A DNA stretch of 64,000 bases from Octopus sinensis (taxonomy: Eukaryota), in contig NC_042997.1 in NCBI RefSeq assembly GCF_006345805.1, positions 21,700,001 to 21,764,000 of the forward strand, given 5' to 3'. A model generated the notes under the pieces. The model did not search any database. It saw only the letters and a program-made list of their open reading frames with translations, and was not told the origin of the DNA. Below are positions 34,954 to 47,407 of the stretch, one piece after another; the first letter of the stretch is position 1, and each line of letters starts with the position of its first letter. Both the position numbers and the translations under genes were made by a program.

Positions 34954-35500
34954 GAGTGAAAGAGTAGTGCATACCATCAAAGTGACACTGGTTTAAAAAT
35001 ATACGAAGCCCAGTATACCCATCATGACTACACGTCTGATAAGGGTACACCAGGCACATGCATCACAACCATATGTGCGCAACATGGTGATCTTATAACA
35101 AGATAAACATCACATGACATTGCAGGTGGGGCCCAGTTAGAATTTTCTTCTGGTTGAGTAACCCATCCCGCTCAAAAGGTCCCTGAATAAGGGTTGTTTA
35201 AGGATGTTGAACGAAACACACATGTTTCCAGAGGTGAATTATTCAAACTCCAAAGAATCCCTCTCAACACATGGCTATGATGCTCCCCCATTACTTCTGC
35301 TTGTGATCAGAGATGCACATATCGTCAGCCACCAAGGAAGATGCCCAACTGGTTATGGTCAAACAACTGACAAGCAAATCTGTGGTACTGAGCAGAATAT
35401 TTGCTGTAACCCGTCTTTTATTCCAAGACAAAACAATGTATATGATAACACTTCCAATCAGTTAAGATCAGAAGCCATGAGAGCCACTGCCTGGTACTGC
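34954..35500 (-). mobile_element. (AAT)n-tailed retroposon 3' region, copy 2
   Basis: As copy 1, but it retains an ~85-bp segment that copy 1 lacks. Confidence 0.8.
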
Positions 35501-35569
35501 ATTAGGACATTTATCTAGTACTGCATCAGGGCATGCCTGGTACTGCATCAGGGCATCTTTACCTGGTAC

Positions 35570-36130
<561 letters not shown>

Positions 36131-36207
36131 ATTATAAGGACGCAAAGAGCTAAGGTATTCCGTTGGTGATCTTCTGACAGCCCATCACCCTTGACTAGCA
36201 TATGATC

Positions 36208-36413
36208 TATGAGGGATGCTGAAAAGTTTATGGCGAAAGGCCTGGTTGGAGACCCAATCTTCCGAGATCTTTTACAGGGCTAAGAAAAACTGAAGGGCTG
36301 CAGCAACAAGTGAGTGAATCTGAGAGGGGAACATGTTGAATAAAATCATAATTAACCGATCCTCTTGTATTTTCTGTTACTCAAAGCCAGGAACTTTTCG
36401 GCGCTTCCTCGTA
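36208..36413. mobile_element. Mariner-type MITE
   Basis: TA-flanked degenerate TIRs tatgagggatgctgaaaagtt and aacttttcggcgcttcctcgta. Confidence 0.65.
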
Positions 36414-36654
36414 TCGACCCCAGAGGGATAAAAGGTAACGTTGATTCAGAACCTTAAGTACCAGCCTTTTGCCAATAAACTTACCTTATTACATACAACT
36501 TGTATAAATTACAATATGCATTGATAATATACTGTAATTGAAACTTTGAACAAAAGTATTTTCAACAAATCATAGCTCTGACGTGCTGTCAGAAGACAGT
36601 ATTGAAATAAACGCAAGTTTTATACTTGACTTCGTCCTACTATTAGGCAATTCA

Positions 36655-37046
36655 TCATCATCATTGTTCGACCGTAGTCGAGACAATGGAATTTACTATG
36701 ATACGCCAGACTTCACGGTCCATCATAGCATTACGGAGGTCCTGTTGCTGGATGCCTATATCCCTGGAGATTACATCATGGTAGGAGAGTGTGCGCCCTC
36801 TGGTATCACGAGTAGATGGCTTCCAGAGGAGAAGAGACAAATTGCCTCGTTTTCAGCTCTACAACAATGTCCAGCAAACTGGACTCTCCTACCTTTCACA
36901 AGAGATGATACAGGTGGTAGTTTTCCATATATTTGTATTTTGGTTGGATGACGCTTCCACGAGAGATTTTGAGCTCTCATAAGGAGGCGAGTGTAAGTTC
37001 CATCCAACCGCCTCTCAAGCTTCTTTGATAACGTCCAGGTTGGCAA
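36655..37046 (-). mobile_element. RTE/RTEX-clade LINE 3' end with (GAT)n tail
   Basis: ORF 36771-37046(-) reads WTLSKKLERRLDGTYTRLLMRAQNLSWKRHPTK...RRVQFAGHC. Confidence 0.8.
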
Positions 37047-37835
37047 TTCAACGATAAATGCCTAGCATGATTGACTTCAGGAATTGGAGTGTATTTCCGT
37101 GATATAGCAATCGTAGGATTAGATCTCAGCACTCAAAGTTGTCAAATAACCGAGCTCTACTTTATATGGTACCTATATACAACTAGGAAAGAAGGATGAT
37201 GGATTAAATGTCAGACCATTAAAATAATTATCGTAATCAAACCTCACTTAATTATTGCATGAAACCTTGTCTCCCAAGAAACTTTGAAGAGAAGAAATCG
37301 AACAAGTGGCATTCTTTCGTTTTTTGATGGCTCCAAAGACGGCGGGTTGTTAATGGAAGCAGAACTCTTATAAAGCCAGTTCAACTGAATGTAACGCCAT
37401 ACTCCGACACTTGCTACGGAAAAGCCATAGAAATTTTGTAAACAGTTTCTCTCAAAGGCATATTTATGGAAATTTATAGCTTTACAAAGGAAAACTTAAT
37501 TTACGAGGATAAAAAATGATTCTATTTAATATTACTACCAAAGAAACGTTATTAAATGACTTTAAAATGGTTGTGCTTAAAATTACAATTTCCAGTGAAA
37601 CCTTACATAATGTAATCACATTTTGCATTGCACACAAATTAAATTCAAGTAATTGCTATTCATTATATTATTTCCAGTACTTAGCTTTGATCATTGTAGC
37701 ATCAATTTGTCTTACGCTACTATGGTTCTGTACCTGGAAAATGTATTTTTGGTGCTTGTAGTCGCTGTTGAAGCCCATAAGGTATTTGATGGCATTAACG
37801 TCTAGTGTTATCCTAGGGCTGTTTTAACTTATGTG

Positions 37836-37880
<45 letters not shown>

Positions 37881-37933
37881 TGTTGTTGTTGTTGTTGTTG
37901 CTGCTGATGTTCATGTTGTTGATGTCTTGTTCA

Positions 37934-38350
37934 GGCGGCGAGCTGGCAGAAACGTTAGCACGCCGGGCGAAATGCTTAGCGGTATTTTCGCCTGCCGCTA
38001 CGTTCTGAGTTCAAATTCCGCCGAGGTCGACTTTGCCTTTCATCCTTTCGGGGGTCGATAAATTAAGTACCAGTTACACACTGGGGTCGATATAATCGAC
38101 TTAATCCGTTTGTCTGTCTTTGTTTGTCCCCTCTATGTTTAGCCCCTTTATGGGCAATAAAGAAATAAGAATCGTTAGTACGACGGGAAAAATGCTTAGC
38201 GGCATTTCGTCCCTCTTTAGGTTCCGAGTTCAAATTCCGTCGAAGTCGACTTTGCCTTTCATCCTCTCGGGATCGATTAAATAAGTACCAGTTATGCGCG
38301 GACGTCAATGTAATCAACTTAATCCCTTCCCCCAAATTTGAGGCCTTAAA
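37934..38350 (+). mobile_element. tRNA-SINE dimer (two headed units)
   Basis: ggcggcgagctggcagaaacgttagc...gggcaataaagaaataagaatcgttagtacg... Confidence 0.88.
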
Positions 38351-38411
38351 GGCTTCCAGTAAAAGAAAATTGCTATCATTCTTATTGTTGTTGTTGTTGT
38401 TGTTGTTGTTA

Positions 38412-39109
38412 AAGCGACGACCTGATAGAAACGTTAACTGCACCGGACAAAATGCTTAGTTCCATTTCTTCCGTCTTTATAATCTGAGTTCAAACTCCCT
38501 AGGTCGACTTTACCTTTCATCCTTCCGGGGTCGATTGCATCAACCCCAGTTAAGCAACTGGAGTTGATGTAATCGACTAGTCTCCTATCCCAAAATTTCT
38601 GTCCTTGCGCTTAAAACTGAAGGAATTATTGTTGCTGTTGTTGTTGCCGCTTTAGTTGCTGTTGATGTTGCTGTTGTTATTGACGTCGTTGGTATTATTG
38701 TTGTTGCTGTATTGATGTTATTGCTTTTGATATTTATGCTGTTGTTGTTGTTGTTGTTGTTGTTGTGTTGTTGTTGTTGTTAAGCGACGACCTGATAGAA
38801 ACGTTAACTGCACCGGACAAAATGCTTAGTTCCATTTCTTCCGTCTTTATAATCTGAGTTCAAACTCCCTAGGTCGACTTTACCTTTCATCCTTCCGGGG
38901 TCGATTGCATCAACCCCAGTTAAGCAACTGGAGTTGATGTAATCGACTAGTCTCCTATCCCAAAATTTCTGTCCTTGCGCTTAAAACTGAAGGAATTATT
39001 GTTGCTGTTGTTGTTGCCGCTTTAGTTGCTGTTGATGTTGCTGTTGTTATTGACGTCGTTGGTATTATTGTTGTTGCTGTATTGATGTTATTGCTTTTGA
39101 TATTTATGC

Positions 39110-39120
<11 letters not shown>
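38412..39120 (+). repeat. Near-identical 370-bp tandem duplication (old SINE + (GTT)-rich tract)
   Basis: gcgacgacctgatagaaacg occurs at 38414 and 38784. No differences were seen between units outside the (GTT)n junction. Confidence 0.9.
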
Positions 39121-39164
<44 letters not shown>

Positions 39165-39561
39165 GGTGATGGTGATGGTGGTGGTGGTGGTGGTGGTGGT
39201 GTATCGGCAGGACGCCCTTTCAGATTGCTCGTTCCATTTACTCAAAGTCCTATGGCGATGGCGCAATGGCGGCCTGTACAGATCTAACCAGTTGGAAATC
39301 ACACAGTAAGTTACAAATTTTGCCTGTCACCTATGCTTTAAACTATGCAGATCTGCAACGGAACTGAATAGAATAGCCATCTGAGTGGTCATGGACGGAA
39401 AGTCAGAAATCTCATTGACAATGAGGAAGCACAAAGAGGCGGCAATCATCTATGTAGATGGAACAGCCATCGTGTATGTATCTATGCATGTTTGTATTTG
39501 TGTATGTGTATGTATGCTAGTGTGAATTTATATATGATTGTACGCATTGCAGACACACAGA

Positions 39562-39593
<32 letters not shown>

Positions 39594-39735
39594 CGTGCAT
39601 GTGTGTACGCGCGAGTGTGTGCGCATATGTATTCTGAAATAAATTTAACTGTCGGCAATTTCAGTAATTACGTATGCCGAAACAGAACCTACCTGGAACA
39701 GATAATAATAATAATAATAATGATAATAATAATAA

Positions 39736-40800
39736 TAATAATGGGCTACAGCAAATATTCTGCTCAATACCACAGATTTGCTTGTCAGTTGTTTGACCGT
39801 AACCAGTTGAGCATGTCCCTTAGTGGCTGACGATATGTGCATCTCTGATCACGAGCAGAAGTAGTGGGGGAGCATCATAGCCATGTGTTGAGAGGGATTT
39901 GTAACGAACTTGTGAGTGTGTATTCTCTTGTACTTTCGGGGTACAAGAAAGCAATCACTAGCCGTTGCTTTAATAATCCAGAATTCTACCAGTCAGAAAC
40001 AAGACGCAGATGTAAATAATATATATACTACTTTATTCTCTAATGTGGTAACAGTAACAATAAGTGGTTATCTGGTATCCCTTTGGTATAAATGTGTCGT
40101 GCTGAACCTTATCTCTGTAAAATAAGAAAGTGTTCAAATGCAAAACGACACTGGTCAAAGATGGCGGCGAACAATGGAGACGATGTTGGTCTGCAACAAT
40201 TTGGTTAAAGGCCTTTTGGTAAGGTGCTGCTAGAATCAAGTTCGAACGGAGAGAAAATATACGTGACCGTCGCCTTCAGTCGCTGCTGTCTCAAGTCGCT
40301 GCTTGCTGGACGCTGGTAGTCAACGTCTTACGACCCCCTTGCCTCGGCTAACTGCTACGTAGGCAAAAGGGTTCTTCTTCCGGTGCTTCGCGCATGCGCG
40401 AGAGGGCCCTTCCTCTCTCTGCCTTGGTAAAGGCACCAACACGCGCGAAATAGAAAATGGACGGTGCGCGCACGCACCGTTATAGGATCACTACAGATTC
40501 TTTGGGGTTTGAATAGTTCACCTCTGGAAACATGGGTGGTTCTTTCAACATCCTTAAACAACCCTTATTCAGGGACCGTTTGAGTGGGATGGGCTACTCA
40601 ACCTGAAGAAAATTCTAACTGGGCCCCACCTGCAAGGTCATGTGCTGTTTATCTTGATATGAGATCACCATGTCGCGCACATATGGTTGTGATGCATGTG
40701 CCTGGTGTACCTTTATCAGGCGGGTAGTCATGATGGGTATATTGGGCTTCGTATATTTTACCCCAGTGTCAATTTGATGGCATGAACTGCTCTCTCACTC

Positions 40801-40838
<38 letters not shown>
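39736..40838 (+). mobile_element. (AAT)n-tailed retroposon copy 3, interrupted by a solo LTR
   Basis: ...gttgagaggGATT | insertion | GATTctttggggtttg... restores the sequence seen in copies 1 and 2. Confidence 0.8.
39900..40495 (-). mobile_element. Solo LTR (596 bp) with 4-bp TSD GATT
   Basis: Termini TGTAAC...ACTACA, with GATT at 39896-39899 and 40496-40499. AATAAA on the minus strand near 40032 suggests orientation. Confidence 0.82.
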
Positions 40839-41029
40839 GAAGAAGAAGAAGAAGAAGAAGCATCAACAACAACAACAAATTCGACGAAATGTAAAATGTA
40901 GAACCGTCTAATGCACGGGAATCATTTCCTTAGCTCCGAAGTAATGGCTTCGACCACTCCTATTGGTTAAGAGCTTGCAACAAGAAGCCAACATGATTAG
41001 TACTTAATACTTACCTTTGATTCTATATT

Positions 41030-41290
41030 AGGCAAAATGTATGTATGTCTTGTACTCTGTTCTTTCGTTGTTTGAAAAATAGTTCGTTTCCATGTTTTTG
41101 TTTTTATGTTTCCGTTTCTCATTGTGTTCAACTTTTTTTTTAATGTCCCGTACCCATATATGCATGTATATATACATGTACATATACATGTACATGTAGG
41201 TATGTACATATATGTATGTATATATGCATATATTTATATATTATTTATATTATTATATGATCGAACGGCACGCATCCTTTTCCAAGTAAG
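41030..41290. repeat. Dispersed repeat related to 2940-3235
   Basis: Shared gtcttgtactctg...tttctcattgtgttc...gtacccatatatgcatgtatatatacatgta. Confidence 0.7.
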
Positions 41291-42089
41291 TTTTATCTTA
41301 ATATGTATGCATGTATGTATGTATGTAATGAAAATATTGTAGTGGATCACGATGGTTAGAAGTGAGGGCTGTTTATTGATTATTATTGGTTAATATGAGG
41401 ATATTAACAGGTTTTTAACATACAAAACAATTATTTTCTTCTTTGTGACTGAGTTACATGTGCACACACACACACATATAAATAGAAAGGGAGGAAAAGA
41501 GAGAGGGTGAGAGAAAGAGAGAGTGAGAGGAAATGACCATAAATTACATGGCCTTACATCCCACCAATGTTTACAAACTATTCTCTAAATCTGCAATAAG
41601 GTATTTATTGAACAGTTTGATAACCTCTGCATCATTCGCAATCTCCATTCTCGTATGTTATACTCAATTACTTACGTTAAATCAAGCTAAGGGAAATAAC
41701 TCAGGCATGAGTTTTGACACGAATTTGTCGTTAATACTTTGAATGACTTACCCATCCAAATAAATAATTATTAAATAAATAATTCAATTAATTAAAATTT
41801 CCATTTTAGCGGGAGAAAGCAAACAAAAACCTACCGATGATATTTACCGACTTTCAGGAGATAATTTCAGTAACTGAAAATTGATTTAAATAATCAAGCT
41901 TAGGGAAAACCTTTTCTTTGTTTGCAAGCCACACAAAATCTCTATTTAAGATGGATTTGATCACAGACCAAATGGTTTTTCTTTTTTGTTTGTTTACCCA
42001 GTGAAACAGAGATATAAACAATTTCGCCAATAATAATTTTCAATAAATTGACGATTTTTTTTATAGGTACTTCATTTTGTCAACCACTC

Positions 42090-42620
42090 CTTAATGGATA
42101 TGGTTTCAATGGCTTGCTTTACGACTTTTGCTTTTATATGTCAGACTAATTTGGAGATATCTTGGAAGATATCTGCTGCAACTGACAGTATAAGGGAAGA
42201 ATTCCTAGTTCTGTGAGTCGAGATGCGGTGACATTGCCGGGAAAGGATTCAAGCAAGGAGTAGGGCGTCACATAGACAATTTCAGGCCCATGGCTACACT
42301 AAACACAGATTTGAATATTTTAGTTATGTGTCAGCAAAGGGATTGGCGCTCGTCGATGGTCAGATTGGGGATGTACAAAACATACGTCATCCGAGGCAGA
42401 TCTATCCACACCACCTCATGCGATACATTATAGAGAGGATGGGTAAAAAACCTGTCCTGAATGGGACTCTGATCGATTTAGATCAATCAAAAGTGTTAGG
42501 TCGGTCGGGTCGACCACCAATGTCTGGTGGCTGTTCTCACGGTGGCCTGTTAAACTGGTGCAGTGAACAACAACATCTACTCGGTAGTTCGGTATGCAAA
42601 TCACTACTGTCTCTTATCCT
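42090..42620 (+). mobile_element. Degraded L1/Tx1 RT fragment
   Basis: DNFRPMATLNTDL..., HLMRYIIE...LIDLDQSK..DR.DH, i.e. RT motif A (LD..KAFDRVDH) with frameshifts. Confidence 0.7.
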
Positions 42621-44517
42621 TTATCGATTGATCAAATCAGATTTGGGCTGGATTCTGTTAATGAAATTGAATATGACCTACACCTACCTGTTTAGCTATC
42701 TTAATGCCTACTAACAAAGATTAGATTTTTCCTCTGACTATGCGAATTAATAATGTGTAGTTCTATTTTTCTTTCTTTCCTTAATTATTTTTTTTAATTA
42801 CTGTCCGTTTACTGTGGAGAAGTCTCAAACTTCAATAATTAGATTTTTTTTTATCATTTATCGTTTATTTCATTCATTAAGTAGGAATAACATACAAGAA
42901 TGACGAGCAAAAAGGGAATCTTTGTAACATTAACCGAATAGTTTAAATTAAACTTTGTATGTGAGAAGGAGAGTAATAATAAAGCTCATCACAAAACCCA
43001 CCTCCATTATTACTATCATCCTTTAACATGCCTTTTAATACGTACAGTAACCATCGTCCTACTTAGAATGTTGATTTTATTCTAGCCAGCGGAACATATG
43101 TAAGGGACACAACTCTTCACGATTTTTATCAAACGTCATTTTGTACTGTTGAGTCGTCCAAACTTGAATGTTTATACTTAGAAAACGAACATTTAAAAAA
43201 GGAGAAAAAAAACTATTATTTACAACAGCTTATTGTATAAATTATTTATTACCAATTGTTAATTATCTGTTTAATTGTATTCTATAGAAAGATAATGAAA
43301 ATGAAGCAACAGATGTAAAAAGAAAATGCTGATCTAGAGTATGTTGTGGAACTTTGAGTTATGCGACATAAGATAAAAGTTTTCCAACCAAGAACATCCC
43401 ACTGTTTTCAACATACGTTACGTATCGAACTAAAGCAGTTCATTGGTAAAGTCATTAGAACGTATGACAGAATGCATTACGATATTTTTTCTGCCTCTAT
43501 GTCCTCTGAATTCAAATTTTGCCGATGTCTACTTTTTCTTTCGGGGTCGATAAAAATTTACAAATCCAATGCTAGAGCAGCCCTCTGCCCTCCAACCATA
43601 TCTTTCCTCTCTCCTAGATCTTCCACTGGATCAAGGATGCTGGCAGCTACATATGCACCTAAAGCAATAGAAAAAGAACGGTATATGTTGCTAAGTCATA
43701 CACGTTTGCAGGTGGCGGCTGTAATGAGCAATTAATCGGGCGGCAGAATTTATTTTACGGCAGCAATATGTTCTTTGACAGCACATCTTACTCTAGTTGA
43801 GCAATTGGAAGACCCTTCTTGCGGTCAGATCAGCCTGCAATAACAGATAAGGCAGATATTCGACGTAGTGCAGGAGTCTCAACAGACAAGCTACCGTCGC
43901 GTGTCACACAGAGGCTTTGTAGGGGCCTTGTATCTCTTCCATAAAATTTTCAAATTCAATGATTTGTGGAGTACTGAACAGTTGGTAATTTCTAGTTAGT
44001 CTTTTGTACGATGATTTCTTTAATTTTTGCTTACATAAGTATTGCCAATTATTGATATGGAGGGACTGGATTGAATTAGATTGCCTATATTCAATTCACT
44101 GAAGGACGAAGGCCTCAGCATGTTATTTCCATCAATCACAGTCTGATGTGGAGGATGTGAATTTGACCGTGAGATCATACTGGTTTGATGAGCCTACTCT
44201 ACCACAGTAGCTCGGCAGGATCACATATTCGCCAATAGAGACATATGTAACAAGTTACATATGTTGCCATTGTAACAAAGTTACACATTCAGTTACTTTT
44301 GTGCCCGAACCAACGATACAACTGTTAGAGAATCATTCAAATCATTCAATCATTCAATAGCATCCAAATCTCGCCCAATTAACACTTTATCAACTTGAGA
44401 AGGTCACTCTGATAATATGAATTTGAGTTCTACAAAGGTGAAAAGAAAATGGTCGTGAAGGGTAAGGCTGATATACTTTTCATCATCGGCTTCCTCGATA
44501 AACACACAACACACACA

Positions 44518-44559
<42 letters not shown>

Positions 44560-44689
44560 CACACACACACTCACATAACTCTATTTAAAGAGTGAGAAAG
44601 AGAGAGAATTATAGGTGTTACTAGTAAGCAAGTATGAGCTGTAATCATGCTCAATGATTTTTAGGAGCTTATGTAACTTGCATTTCATC

Positions 44690-44950
44690 TGTTACGGCGA
44701 CGAGTGTTCCTGCTGATCCGATCAACGGAACAGCTTGTTCGTGAAATTAACTTGCAAGTGGCTAAGCGCTTCACAGACCTATGTACCCTTATCATAGTTT
44801 TCAGGGAGCTTCAGCGCGACTCAGAATGTAATACGGCTGATGCTTTGAAATACAGGTACTACTCACTTTCGCCAGCTGAGTGGACTGGAGCAACAAGAAA
44901 TAAAGTGTCTTGCTCAAGGACATAATGCGTCACCGGGAATCGAACTCACC
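44690..44950 (-). mobile_element. tRNA-derived SINE, third family
   Basis: Minus strand gtgagttcgattcccggtgacgcattatgtccttgagcaagacactttatttc...ccactcagctggcgaaagtgagtagtacctg. Confidence 0.7.
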
Positions 44951-45337
44951 ACTATGAACTGAATACGATAGCTATTTAGACACGCATCTATGTATTCATG
45001 AGTAAATGTAAACACCATTTCGGTCCTGCCAGCCTTTGACACAGTAGAACATCGAGTATGTTATAGCCAGTGGGAGAAAGGTCTGCACCAGCACTCAGCT
45101 GGTACGCATTTTCAGTCGAATAGACTGGAGCAACGTGAAATGAAGTACCTAAGGGGTTACGTGTACGCGCACCCGTGTGTGTGTGTTATAAATAATTGGC
45201 AGAAGTTACAGAGTGCCTAAAGGGCTGAGTGCACGAATCTCTTGGCCCTTAATTTACTTCGTAAATTCTGCGATTATTAATAGTAAACATATATACTAAT
45301 GTTTGGAGTTCTATTTTTCCTGTTTGCCTCACCAAAC

Positions 45338-45339
<2 letters not shown>

Positions 45340-45432
<93 letters not shown>
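45340..45432. repeat. (ATCT)n microsatellite
   Basis: Direct reading. Confidence 0.95.
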
Positions 45433-45614
45433 CTTGTCTATACCTTTATGGATAGTTCACGGTAGTCAAATACAGAAAGTAATTATTCTTGGATTCATGA
45501 TATGCGATGACAGTCAGCTTTCAACTCTATAACACTCTAGGTTTCATAAAACAAATCCTTTACGGTCTTACAGGCGATTCAACCGATTATACTTCAATAT
45601 AACATATGAACTCT

Positions 45615-46014
45615 AGGCGGCGAGATGGCAGGAACGTTAGCACGCCGGGCGAAATGTTCAGCGGTATTTCGTCTGCCGCTACGTTCTGAGTTCAAATTCC
45701 GCCGAGGTCGACTTTGCCTTTCAGCCTTTCGGGATCGATTAAATAAGTACCAGTTACGCACTGGGGTCGATATAATCGACTTAATCCGTTTGTCTGTCCT
45801 TGTTTGTCCCCTCTGTGTTTAGCCCCTTGTGGGTAGTTAAAGAAATAGGTATTTCGTCTGCCGCTACGTTCTGAGTTCAAATTCCGCCGAGGTCGACTTT
45901 GCCTTTCATCCTTTCGGGGTCGATAAATTAAGTACCAGTTACGCACTGGGGTCGATATAATCGACTACCCCCACTCACCCAAAGTTTTTGGATCTTGTGC
46001 CTAGAATAGAAAAG
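45615..46014 (+). mobile_element. tRNA-SINE dimer
   Basis: Head aggcggcgagatggcagg and junction aagaaataggtatttcgtctgccg. Flanked by aatat(a/t)acatatgaactct. Confidence 0.92.
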
Positions 46015-46033
46015 AATATTACATATGAACTCT

Positions 46034-46233
46034 AGGCGGCGAGCTGGCACAATCGTTAGCACGCCGGGCAAAATGCTTAGCTGCATTTCGTCCGACTTTA
46101 CGTTCCGAGTTCAAGTTCCGCCGATGTTGGCTTTACCGTTCATCCTTTAGCGATCGATAAAATAAGTACCAGTCGATGTAATTGATTTACCCTTACTCTC
46201 GAAATTACTGGCCTTGTGCCAAAATTTGAAACC
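46034..46233 (+). mobile_element. Older tRNA-SINE monomer
   Basis: aggcggcgagctggcacaatcg...gccaaaatttgaaacc, flanked by aatattacatatgaactc. Confidence 0.88.
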
Positions 46234-46344
46234 AATATTACATATGAACTCAATCAAAAGAAATAACTATACATACGTTGGTGCTTATGTCACAGTATCA
46301 TCTGTATATTACGCTTGAATTTTATAAAAGTAGTCCTCGGTTCT

Positions 46345-46565
46345 GCTGGAAAGAGTTTTCTTCTTGTCTTGAGACAGCATTCACCCGGGGTGGGTTGAGC
46401 TGGCTTCATTCATCCTCAATGCTGCATCTCTCACAAACGCCGACCAGACCGGGCGATTTGAGGCTAACGACCGCGTAATCTCCAACCACTCCTTATTCCA
46501 GCAGCGAACGCCGTAGATATGGGGGCCTAGATTGGGTTCCAGCTCAGTCTTGACTGTCATCAGCC
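46345..46565 (-). mobile_element. RTE-clade LINE extreme C-terminus
   Basis: Minus strand reads TVKTELEPNLGPHIYGVRCWNKEWLEITRSLASNRPVWSAFVRD. Confidence 0.6.
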
Positions 46566-47175
46566 CGGAAAGAATTCCAAGTTGATAAGTTGATATTTGA
46601 TTAACAAAATGTCAACAGTCAGAAATCTAAACAAAATGACAGATCGTGAAATATTTACATTCAGAACGTCCTCAAGTTAATGAATGCTGGAATATAAGCA
46701 GGAAGAAAGTTAACCACAGAATCTATGGTTCTTGTTACTCCACAGAGTATAAGTGTAATTTTCAAATGTTTCCCTCGTAACGTGAGATCTGAATATAAAA
46801 TCTTGCAGGATTTGCGGAGTTATACGAAACTAAATATGGTTGTGATAAATGATTGCCGTAGGAAAACAAATGGACTGCGTTATCAAATTTAGGTGTTTGG
46901 ACATCTGAACTATCTACTCTGTCATTTAATTAGCGTGTATGTGGTTGAATATTCCATAGACACGTGTGTCCTTAATGTAATTCCCCAAAAAGAATCAGAA
47001 ACATACCAAGTAAGAAACTGGACTTCCGCACAGTTGACTCAGTTTGTTTCATAAGATCGAACTTAGATTATGGAAAAAAAAAAGATACCATTATGTGTCA
47101 AAGTGGATTGAATTAGAGACCTTGAGATTACGAAGTGAGAAATAAATTGGCTACGATCATTATAAAATTAAATAT

Positions 47176-47407
47176 ATTTCTTTATTGCCCACAAGGGGCT
47201 AAACATAGAGAGGACAAACAAGGACAGACAAAGGGATTAAGACGATTACATCGACCCCAGTGCGAAATTGGTACTTTTATTTATCGACCCCGAAAGGATG
47301 AAAGGCAAAGTCGACCTCGGCGGAATTTGAACTCAGAACGTAACGACAGACGAAATACCGCTAAGCATTCCGCCCGGCGCGCTAACGTGTCTGCCAGCTC
47401 GCCGCCT
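47176..47407 (-). mobile_element. Full-length tRNA-SINE
   Basis: Complete head (ctgccagctcgccgcc on plus) to tail (tatttctttattgcccacaagggg). Confidence 0.92.
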
